In this document: positions 38,801-45,688 of the stretch, piece by piece | How the letters are laid out: each line of letters opens with the position of its first letter | How positions within the stretch are numbered: the stretch's first letter is position 1 | Origin: Nostoc sp. NMS7 | GTDB taxonomy: Bacteria; Cyanobacteriota; Cyanobacteriia; Cyanobacteriales; Nostocaceae | NCBI RefSeq assembly: GCF_017115085.1 | Contig: NZ_JABXKJ010000248.1 | Span: 4,157 to 68,156, forward strand | DNA: 64,000 nucleotides | Direction: 5' to 3' | Made by a program: the position numbers and the translations under genes | Notes under the pieces: generated by a model | The model's database searches: none | What the model was told of the DNA's origin: nothing | Seen by the model: the letters and a program-made list of their open reading frames with translations, nothing else

Positions 38801-38846
38801 TTGCGATCGCATTTTTGAAATAGTCAAGAGCCAAAGCGAGTATTAG
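35802..38846 (+). CDS. hsdR: type I restriction endonuclease subunit HsdR
   Basis: 1014 aa. N-terminal nuclease region (PDIVLYVNGIAIGVLELK), helicase motifs (TQGSGKSLTM; VDECHRTQSG; TGTPL) and a C-terminal helical domain. Confidence 0.95.
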   Translation: MSKVGQRELPTQNRIVQLFQQQLNYRYLGNWHYRPNNSNIETEILSTFLGDKQGYSNSLITKALYELNKVAGDKSLYDINKEVYSLLRYGVKVKEEVGENTQTVWLINWEEPLENDFAIAEEVTVKGKNPKRPDIVLYVNGIAIGVLELKRSIISVSEGIRQNLDNQKSIFIKSFFTTMQLVMAGNDTEGLRYATIETPEKYFLTWKEDTNSDITDPLDKHLLQLCAKERFLELIHNFIVFDRGIKKVCRHNQYFGVNAAQSYLRRREGGIIWHTQGSGKSLTMVWLTKWIRENITDARVLIITDRDELDKQIENVFKGVNEAIYRTTSGKDLINKLNSTTTWLLCSLIHKFGKKDKADDADYNSYIEELKRSLPSDFSAKGDIYVFVDECHRTQSGTLHDAMKEILPNAVFIGFTGTPLLKKDKQNSINVFGDYIHTYTFKKAVADQVILDLRYEARNVDQNITSQTKIDQWFEAKTRGLTEHAKTLLKKRWGNLQKVLSSKSRLERIVSDILLDFETKDRLQSGHGNAMLISGSIYQACKYYELFQSAGFIKCAIVTSYKPSPNDIKGESTGEEELTEKLRQYEIYQKMLNGKAAEVFEDEVKNKFVEEPAQMKLLIVVDKLLTGFDAPSATYLYIDKTMRDHGLFQAICRVNRLDGEDKEYGYIIDYKDLFKSLEKSINDYTSEAFEDYEPDDIDGLLSDRIAKGRERLENSRESIKALCESVEQPQDTHAYIRYFCGADTENPDFIKENQQQRIALYKYTSALVRAYANLSNDMAEAGYTTTETEIIKQEVKHYEQVRAEVKLASGDYIDLKAYEPAMRHLIDTYIGAEESEIISAFDDMTLIQLIVERGANAVEALPKGIKQNQEAVAETIENNLRKVIIDQQPTNPKYFDKMSTLLNELIQARKAASQNYKAYLQKIVELSKQVAQPSSSSQYPQSLNSPAKRALYDNLNQDEALALAINDAIRKIKKDGWRGNIMKEREVKNAIKKYLDSPEDCDRIFEIVKSQSEY

Positions 38847-38847
38847 G

Positions 38848-39552
38848 ATGCACCAAATAACTGTCGGTGAACTCGTCATAGACGTTGCCAGAAAAGACAT
38901 TAAAAACTTGCACTTGGCAGTGTACCCCCCCGATGGTCGAGTACGTATCGCCACACCCTTAAACATTGATGACGAAGCTGTGCGTTTATTCGCTATCTCC
39001 AAACTAGCCTGGATTGAAAAGCATAAAGCTAACTTTGAAACGCAAGAACGCCAGTCAAAAAGAGAATTTGTATCTGGTGAAAGTCATTACTTTCAAGGAA
39101 AACGCTATTTATTAAATGTCATTTATGGACTGGGTAATCCCAAAGTAGAAGTTAGAAATAATACTTATATCGACCTTTATGTTAGAGAAGGAAGTAATGA
39201 AGCGCAACGCCAACAAGTCATGATGTCTTGGTATCGACAGCAGTTAAAACAGGAAATTCCCCCATTAATCGAAAAATGGCAAAGGAACATGGGAGTAAAG
39301 GTTGAGGACTGGGGGATAAAGCTGATGAAAACCAAATGGGGTACTTGCAACATCCAAGCAAAACGTATCTGGCTCAACCTCGAACTAGCGAAAAAAGATA
39401 AGCGTTGCCTAGAGTATGTTGTAGTTCATGAAATGGTGCATCTGTTAGAACGTCATCACGGCGATCGCTTTGTGGCTTTCATGAATAAGTTTCTGCCGAA
39501 TTGGAAATTTTGTAAGGATGAGTTAAACCGCTCCCCACTTGGAAGCTATTAA
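38848..39552 (+). CDS. DUF45/M48-type (YgjP-like) zinc metallopeptidase
   Basis: HEMVHLLERHH zinc motif near the C-terminus. It starts 2 nt after the hsdR stop. Confidence 0.8.
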   Translation: MHQITVGELVIDVARKDIKNLHLAVYPPDGRVRIATPLNIDDEAVRLFAISKLAWIEKHKANFETQERQSKREFVSGESHYFQGKRYLLNVIYGLGNPKVEVRNNTYIDLYVREGSNEAQRQQVMMSWYRQQLKQEIPPLIEKWQRNMGVKVEDWGIKLMKTKWGTCNIQAKRIWLNLELAKKDKRCLEYVVVHEMVHLLERHHGDRFVAFMNKFLPNWKFCKDELNRSPLGSY

Positions 39553-39814
39553 GTTCGACTATTAGCCCGATTTAGCTTATAAAGAGCAGGTGATCGCCAT
39601 TTTCTGTGATAGTTCGGTTAATAACAATCTTAACAAACGCAAGCAAGACCAAATTGAGCGTTATAATTTCAGCTACAACATAAATTACCTTGTCTTGGCT
39701 CTACGACATAATGAAGATAGCTGATGAAGTTGGGAATTCTAGCAATTCTTAATCCCACCAAGACTGATTTACGATTTACACAGTCAACAATACGATGTAA
39801 AGTATTGTACAAAA

Positions 39815-40726
39815 TCAAAATAGCTTACTCCAGTTACGACGAAGAATTACACCACGATAGTCTTCGATATAACTCAATGCTGCTCGATTGGTATCAATTA
39901 CTTCTTCAAAATCTCTTGCTTTATCACGAATGTTAACCGAGCGGAGCTTTTGAAGGATTTGCTCGGCAGAATCTAATAGGTTTCTGTGATATTCAACTGA
40001 TTCATCAAATGAGCTTCGCCTGGATGCAAGAGTCTGTGTTCTCAAAGTCTGCAAGTAATGACGAAATGACTCTGATTCCCTAAATCCAGTGGAGCTAGGC
40101 TGAGATCCGCTAAAGAGAATTTTTGCCTCCCAAATAAGGTCACTATTACTAGGTAAGTTTGGTAGCAACAAATAAGATTCTGAAGCAAACCAAGTATTTT
40201 GAAAGGCTTGATTAAGTCCTTGTTGCCAATTATTAATTTTTGCCTCTATCACGATTAATCGTTGGATCGCAAAAATTTCTTCTAATGGTTTAGCTTCCCA
40301 TCTACCTTCCTTGCAATGAATAAGATTTGCCTCAAGTAAACGGCGTAATGATTTGTAGAAATAATTAGGGAAAACCATTTCTAATGTTGATGTTTCAACA
40401 CTAAGTTCAGAAAATATATAATGCAAAATACGTAAGTCAAGCTTAGTAATTTTTAACCTTGTAGGCAACCATTTTTTAGCAATATCAGGTTGAAAGTAAA
40501 CAATAACAATATCAGGAAATCCTGAATCAATTTGAGGCTCTAAAAAAATGAATTTTAACTCCCCATTTTCCGATGGTGATAATAATTTTGATTGAATATA
40601 TTTGTATACCATTTCATATTCAACACCTTTAGTTGGCTTTCTCAATGATAAACTAAGCGTTCCTAAAGATGGAAACTCTTGAAAATTTTCTGACTGAATA
40701 ATAATAGTATGTGAAGAAAGTTGCAT
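39815..40726 (-). CDS. hypothetical protein with PD-(D/E)xK-like motifs and an inserted wHTH-like segment
   Basis: 303 aa. GFPDIVIVYF and IVIEAKINNWQQGLNQAFQ resemble nuclease motifs II/III. A very AT-rich 300-bp region lies upstream. Confidence 0.5.
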   Translation of the reverse strand: MQLSSHTIIIQSENFQEFPSLGTLSLSLRKPTKGVEYEMVYKYIQSKLLSPSENGELKFIFLEPQIDSGFPDIVIVYFQPDIAKKWLPTRLKITKLDLRILHYIFSELSVETSTLEMVFPNYFYKSLRRLLEANLIHCKEGRWEAKPLEEIFAIQRLIVIEAKINNWQQGLNQAFQNTWFASESYLLLPNLPSNSDLIWEAKILFSGSQPSSTGFRESESFRHYLQTLRTQTLASRRSSFDESVEYHRNLLDSAEQILQKLRSVNIRDKARDFEEVIDTNRAALSYIEDYRGVILRRNWSKLF

Positions 40727-41030
40727 TCCTACTTTTTTCTTATGTTAATATAGTATAACATATTCTTGTTTTAGCTAAATTTTAATGCAAATATTTTTAT
40801 TTATAAAAAACTTTATCTTAATTAAAATAAAATTTTTTGAAGGGATTATTTTTTGACTTTAAATGATTTATATTTAGTAGTTTTTTTTAAATAAAAATTC
40901 ACTATTTATTTGTTATTATATTGGATAAAATAGGTTTTACTATTTGTGCCTTTTTTTTCAATATATAAGTGTGAGAAATCCCGGTTCAGTTTTGATTCGA
41001 CTCAATGAGCGCACTCAGCCGGAGCATTAC

Positions 41031-41543
41031 TTAGTAAGCTTTATGTCGCTTTTTCATACTTCTAAAAGGAGCATGGCATTTGTTACATTCTCCCTGTTCC
41101 CATAACGCTGGGATAGTAAAACGCTCTTTGCAAAAGGGACATTCTGAAAGTAGACGTAACTTGTGGCGATCGCACCCCACGGTTGATTGAAACTGCCACT
41201 CTAATCGATGATATGGTTGCTCTACATAACACACAGCACACAACCGTATTGGCTCCATTTTCATTTTTTCACCCTTGGGCGGGAGCATTTGAGCAATTCG
41301 ATCTACATCTAAACCAATTAATTTAGCAATTGCCTCTAATTCCTTTTGACTGGGAACCGGATTCAACCGAAATTTCTCCCACCTTGCTAATACTGGGCCA
41401 ATTCCTGCGGCTTTACTTAAACTACCAGGAGACGAGACGCAAACTGCTTCGTGTCGCCTAAATCGTCCAAAATAGTGACTAATACTCTCCCCTTCGTTGG
41501 GTTCTACATACCAAGGCGGATGTTGAACAGCTTCTGGCTCCAT
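41031..41543 (-). CDS. tniQ: TniQ (short, type V-K form)
   Basis: 170 aa. N-terminal EGESISHYFGRFRR, HTH-like middle, and C-terminal zinc-ribbon cysteines (CAVC...CDRH...CPFC...CNKC). Confidence 0.85.
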   Translation of the reverse strand: MEPEAVQHPPWYVEPNEGESISHYFGRFRRHEAVCVSSPGSLSKAAGIGPVLARWEKFRLNPVPSQKELEAIAKLIGLDVDRIAQMLPPKGEKMKMEPIRLCAVCYVEQPYHRLEWQFQSTVGCDRHKLRLLSECPFCKERFTIPALWEQGECNKCHAPFRSMKKRHKAY

Positions 41544-41669
41544 AACTTACATTTAAATACCTAAACGGCTTGCTATAGACTAGGAAAATAAAACTGTTTA
41601 ACAACTGCCATAGTAGTCCAGTCAGGTATCTTGGCAGGCAGCAAGCTGGTTGAAATCCTGGATGCTAAG

Positions 41670-41719
41670 AGTATTATTCGGTTAACCGAATCTAATTGTT
41701 CGGTTAACCGAATAATACT
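41670..41719. promoter_or_regulatory. double palindrome (two TTCGGTTAACCGAA sites inside a larger 21-bp inverted repeat)
   Basis: agtattattcggttaaccgaa-tctaattg-ttcggttaaccgaataatact. It lies 127-176 bp upstream of the tniQ start. Confidence 0.4.
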
Positions 41720-42028
41720 ATCAAAGAGTGCGATCAGAAATTTTAGGAATCTTTTCTCGCCTATCTCGCCAAAGCCTCGTGGATATCTTGGGCGGAAAGA
41801 TTATATCGAAGTTTGTCCGCGATCGCTTTGGCTTATCAACTTTAGAAAGATTTATCGCCAGATCCATCAGATCGCTGCAACCTTCTTTAAAAACTCAAAA
41901 AGGTTTAGCAATGTTTTTTAATGTGTGACAATGTTTGTATGCTAAAGTAAGAATATTGAAAAACACTAATTTAATGCTTGCAGTAACTTGAAGAATGCTT
42001 ATAGCTTTTGAGATATGGGAAAGCCTCT

Positions 42029-42340
42029 ATGCGTGATATTCTCCCCCAAATACCGCCAGTAGCAATGCCAGAGGTAATTCCCAGCGAATTACCCCAGCAG
42101 AAATATCATCTCGGTGAATGGGTGCGCTGGTTTCAAGTACTCAATGGCGATTTTGGTCGTGTCATCGGAGTAATCTACACCCAACAAGCTAGTTGCATCG
42201 CCACTGGCTTGCACTACTTGATTTTGTTAGATGAGCGCAGTCCCTCTCGTGACACCTGTACCTGCGACTTCGCTTTCGAGGATGATATCGAATCCTTGGA
42301 TAATTCATCCTTGCTACGGCTTAGGGGCAATCATGTCTGA
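42029..42340 (+). CDS. hypothetical protein (opposite strand to the tns genes)
   Basis: 103-aa ORF from the ATG at 42029. Its stop overlaps the next ORF's start (ATGTCTGA). Confidence 0.4.
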   Translation: MRDILPQIPPVAMPEVIPSELPQQKYHLGEWVRWFQVLNGDFGRVIGVIYTQQASCIATGLHYLILLDERSPSRDTCTCDFAFEDDIESLDNSSLLRLRGNHV

Positions 42341-42617
42341 AACTCAAAATTTTCAGCAGTTGCTAAAACTGCACAACCAAATATTTATGTCCCCTCAAGA
42401 CTTTAGTTACCGTTGGGGATTGGGTTACGAAGAATTAGCAAAAATCTGTGCCATCTCTAAATCTACGGCTTATCACTGGTTGAGTGGACAAGCCAGCCGC
42501 CGAGAAGCTGGATTGCCTTACCAGAGAATTATGGCTGTGGCTGATTTTCTTTTCACCAACGCCGAAGTAATTAACCCACTGTTGGAACAGTGGCATAATT
42601 CTCAACCACCAAATTAA
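42333..42617 (+). CDS. small helix-turn-helix protein
   Basis: YEELAKICAISKSTAYHWLSG is a classic HTH. It is coupled to the upstream ORF. Confidence 0.6.
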   Translation: MSETQNFQQLLKLHNQIFMSPQDFSYRWGLGYEELAKICAISKSTAYHWLSGQASRREAGLPYQRIMAVADFLFTNAEVINPLLEQWHNSQPPN

Positions 42618-42825
42618 TTCTTCAGTTTTTGCAAATTGACAAAACTTTTCTTCATCACCTTGACTGACATAAAAAATAGGTAGTAGGGTGCAATTTATCG
42701 TCACCAGCCTACCCACTGTTCCATGAACCGCTCCACCAATGACTCTTATTACCTGCCCTCCAGTATTGAATTGACACAAAACCATGTCCTGATTCATCGC
42801 TTGGCAATCCCTCTCAAAAATGCCA

Positions 42826-43572
42826 TCAGCTACTTACAACAATTCCCCCACTCAGAACATCTTGAGTAAGAAATTTTTGCTCCCAATCGTCCACAACTTC
42901 AATAACATCTTCTTCAGTTAAGTTGGGAAACTCGTATGGCTCTAAAAATGAGTCATGAACGCGCACGTATGGAAGACTTTTTCGTTCGAGAATATTATCA
43001 CTTAAATAGTAAGTTCCAACCAAGATAATAGGGATTCGTCGTTTCGTAAAAATATCAATTAGTTCGTTAAATCCTTCCAAAGTTAGGTAGTCAGCATTAC
43101 CAACTATGAGTATTTTGACACCATAGCTTTTAAGAGTTCCCCATGCCCGCGATCGTAAATCTCGCAGCGCTCCAATATTAGTAAGCGGATGACCCACTTC
43201 TTCTAGAATTGAGTAATACAAATCTGTTGGGCCACCATGCTGATCAATTTCGGCATAAATAACAGTCGCCGGAATTTCTAACAATGTCCCTCGCCGTTTT
43301 ACATATTGCATCCTATAGAGTTGGCAAGATTTCAGCAAACCAGAACCTGTAGCAGATGTAACATAACCACAGAGTTTTGCATCACGCTGGTCATCAAGCC
43401 AGTCAAATAATTCTGTATCGCGGTCTAATGGTAAGTAAGTGTCAGCTTTACCAATTCGCTCAACTTCAGCTTGGATCTTTGGTGAGCGACGCAGTTCCTC
43501 AGCAGACTGTAAACTAGCATCAAACTGCTTCTGAAGTTTTGGTTCTACATGGGCTAAGTTAGTCTCTGACAT
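42826..43572 (-). CDS. tnsC: TnsC-like AAA+ protein with degenerate Walker motifs and truncated C-terminus
   Basis: Collinear with ShCAST TnsC as I recall it (LFDWLDDQR..., VIYAEI...GGPTDLY, PIILVGT, WEQKFL). However, it reads TSATGSGLLKS in place of GESRTGKT and ILIVGNAD in place of LIIDEAD. At 248 aa it ends about 55 aa early. Confidence 0.8.
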   Translation of the reverse strand: MSETNLAHVEPKLQKQFDASLQSAEELRRSPKIQAEVERIGKADTYLPLDRDTELFDWLDDQRDAKLCGYVTSATGSGLLKSCQLYRMQYVKRRGTLLEIPATVIYAEIDQHGGPTDLYYSILEEVGHPLTNIGALRDLRSRAWGTLKSYGVKILIVGNADYLTLEGFNELIDIFTKRRIPIILVGTYYLSDNILERKSLPYVRVHDSFLEPYEFPNLTEEDVIEVVDDWEQKFLTQDVLSGGIVVSS

Positions 43573-43577
43573 TTTAC

Positions 43578-43775
43578 TTACCAGTTATCTTTCACAAATT
43601 GGTTCCAATTTTGTACCCCTACTCTCGGTCGTCTAGCCTTGGTAGTGCGATTAGTTTCAGATTTGTCCTGTTTGTCTATAGAATTTACAGGTTTTTGTGA
43701 GGCAATATCAGGTGCAGATGTAAAACTTTCTTGTGATATAGTTGTTTCCTCCAGTATTGCATTTTCAGGAAACAT
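43578..43775 (-). other. detached C-terminal tail of TnsB (same frame, downstream of the TAA)
   Basis: This ORF is in the same frame as tnsB, 10 sense codons after the stop at 43806-43808. It ends 5 nt before the tnsC ATG, where an intact tnsB would be expected to end. Confidence 0.5.
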
Positions 43776-43805
43776 TTCAACAATTTTCGATCTATTAGAC
43801 TTTTG

Positions 43806-45479
43806 TTACTGTTTTACTTGAGCTTTTCTTTGCCGTTTTCTACGACTTTTACGTTCTTGTTCCACGTCCTCAAATATATTTAGTCGTTCATTCAAAATTG
43901 AAGAATTATCAACTTCCTTAGCTTCCACCCGAAGCTTCTTCTTAATCCAATTTAATTCCCCCAGAGAAAGCCTCTCTTTTTCTAAATCCCTAGCTTTTAC
44001 AATACCAATAAACTCTCCTGGTTGACCGTCAAGAGGACGAGTATAAGCAAGCAGAGTTACAATATTGCGCTGGTCATATCTTAAGGAAATTTTCTGACCT
44101 TCATACTTTACTAAAGAATCTCCCTGATACACCAAACCTCCAAAGTTGGCAGAACCATATTTTTCGACATTCCGATACGCAACTTTCATTAAGCAGATGT
44201 CTAATTCACGTTCATCGAAAACTTCTGGATCACTTAAGAGCATTGATTTCCAGCGTTTAATACGTTTTTGGTTTTTTACCTTTGGATAATCATGCTGATT
44301 GTAGTGGTCTACAAAATATCTCACTAATATTCTTTCTAGCTTATCAAGTGTTAAACATGCAGTTCTCTCTGCTTCTTTAGGGCGTTCCTCAATACTCGAT
44401 CCGGTATATCCTCCATATAAAGACAAAACTTCCTTATTAATCTTGTCAAATATAGTCTCAATTAAACCGCCTGCCGATGGAAAAGCACGTAGCCGACGTT
44501 GGAAACCTAACTGTAGCGAAATTTGCTTCAAATGTGCAGACTTAAATTCCTTGGCGCGGTCTGTAACTAAATATTCTGGAACACCGAGAATATCCCATTC
44601 TTCTTGCAGTTTGTACTCTGGTTCGTAATGCTTTGGCAACATTGAATGACGAAAGGCAAGTGCAACTTCATGTGACCCAGCAGCCTCATATCCCAAATAA
44701 AACCCAACCACACAACCAGAATAGCTATCCATCACTAATGTTATGTAAGGGCGACCAATAATTTCTTTGTCTTCATCATCAATCAACAAAATATCTAACT
44801 TGGTATGGTCAACCTGCCAAATCTGGTTGCTATGGGTAATTTCTAAAATTCCTTCAGTTGTCTGAATAATTTGTCCTTCTGTTGGTGAACCGGGATGGCG
44901 AACTATTCTGCTTTCTTGGTCAATATTAAAATTTATAACTTTATAGACGGTGACATGAGAGGGACACTTTCTCTCTATTAAATCCTTTAATACCTCTGGG
45001 TATTGTTTGAATTTTTCAGCATACTTTTTAGAGCGTAGTTCTTCACCCTTAGATGCCAAAGCTATCAAGTATCCGTGAATTTGATTATGATTTACCCGCG
45101 AACCCTCTTTTTGACCCCATTTATGAATTTCAACTATAAATTGGAACCATTGTTTGCTAATACGAAACTGCCCTTTATCCTGACGACCAACTGCAAGGGT
45201 AGCAACTCCGTCTTTTTGAACTCTCTCAACCATTCGTCTTATAGTTCGGATGCTTTTGCCAAGTGTTTTAGCAGCCTCTGCGATCGCCTCTCTGCGAGTA
45301 TTCTTATCAGGTGCTTGCACAATGGCATCAATGACATCGACTTTTTGCTGAAACTCTGGCGCATCATCATTGAACAGTAGATAAGGCTTTCCCTCTACCT
45401 GCTCCCCACCCTGCTCCGTAGCAACAACTTCCTCATGATCGGAGAGATTAGTGCCTTGACTCAAAGAACGCGTAGACAT
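43806..45479 (-). CDS. tnsB: TnsB DDE transposase (Tn7/Mu-like), prematurely terminated
   Basis: N-terminal HTH domains and a DDE core (IWQVDHTKLD; YLVTDRAKEF; GGLIETIF). 557 aa up to an in-frame TAA. Confidence 0.9.
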   Translation of the reverse strand: MSTRSLSQGTNLSDHEEVVATEQGGEQVEGKPYLLFNDDAPEFQQKVDVIDAIVQAPDKNTRREAIAEAAKTLGKSIRTIRRMVERVQKDGVATLAVGRQDKGQFRISKQWFQFIVEIHKWGQKEGSRVNHNQIHGYLIALASKGEELRSKKYAEKFKQYPEVLKDLIERKCPSHVTVYKVINFNIDQESRIVRHPGSPTEGQIIQTTEGILEITHSNQIWQVDHTKLDILLIDDEDKEIIGRPYITLVMDSYSGCVVGFYLGYEAAGSHEVALAFRHSMLPKHYEPEYKLQEEWDILGVPEYLVTDRAKEFKSAHLKQISLQLGFQRRLRAFPSAGGLIETIFDKINKEVLSLYGGYTGSSIEERPKEAERTACLTLDKLERILVRYFVDHYNQHDYPKVKNQKRIKRWKSMLLSDPEVFDERELDICLMKVAYRNVEKYGSANFGGLVYQGDSLVKYEGQKISLRYDQRNIVTLLAYTRPLDGQPGEFIGIVKARDLEKERLSLGELNWIKKKLRVEAKEVDNSSILNERLNIFEDVEQERKSRRKRQRKAQVKQ

Positions 45480-45505
45480 ACACTTGACCTGTCTTCCAAG
45501 AAAAA

Positions 45506-45688
45506 TGACATCATTTACTTTAAAAGTTTATCAGATAAATGACATCATTTGCTTTAAAACTTGCGAGAGAATAATAAAAGCAGAAATATAGCTCAAAGAC
45601 TTTTGTAGTAAGGCTTTGAGCTTGTTGGACATTTATCGTAAAACTGGACATTAATTCTTTAAAAGTGACAATAATTATTTAATGGACA
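45506..45688 (-). repeat. tnsB-proximal transposon end with five TnsB-type repeats
   Basis: Copies of the motif (reverse complement of TTTTAAAGnAATnATGTCCA) lie at 45506-45525, 45540-45559, 45626-45643, 45645-45664 and, terminally, at 45665-45688. Confidence 0.75.

Larger units (their letters stand above)
25688..45688. mobile_element. type V-K CRISPR-associated Tn7-like transposon (CAST), 20,001 bp
   Basis: The termini are TGTACATTAAATAATTATTGTCAC at 25688 and, as reverse complement at 45688, TGTCCATTAAATAATTATTGTCAC (23/24 identical). There are sub-terminal 20-bp repeats. cas12k, tracrRNA and the CRISPR array sit at one end, and tniQ-tnsC-tnsB at the other. The element lies 3 nt after a tRNA. 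Confidence 0.9.

Noticed and set aside
39815-40726. Idea that the 303-aa protein is a TnsA-like endonuclease completing a Tn7-type cut-and-paste core
   Set aside because: The E/D/K motif spacing and order do not match TnsA as I recall it (E63, D114, K132), and the gene is separated from the tns genes by an AT-rich spacer. I kept it only as an unknown nuclease-like protein.
41631-41928. ORFs 41631-41921 and 41728-41928 between tniQ and the plus-strand gene pair
   Set aside because: They overlap the palindromic operator region, have poor composition and have no homolog that I recognise. I treated this stretch as intergenic/regulatory.
42435-42797. 120-aa minus-strand ORF as an independent gene
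   Set aside because: Its first ~40 codons look like the displaced TnsC C-terminus. The remainder is antisense to the HTH gene, so it is most likely a frameshift remnant.
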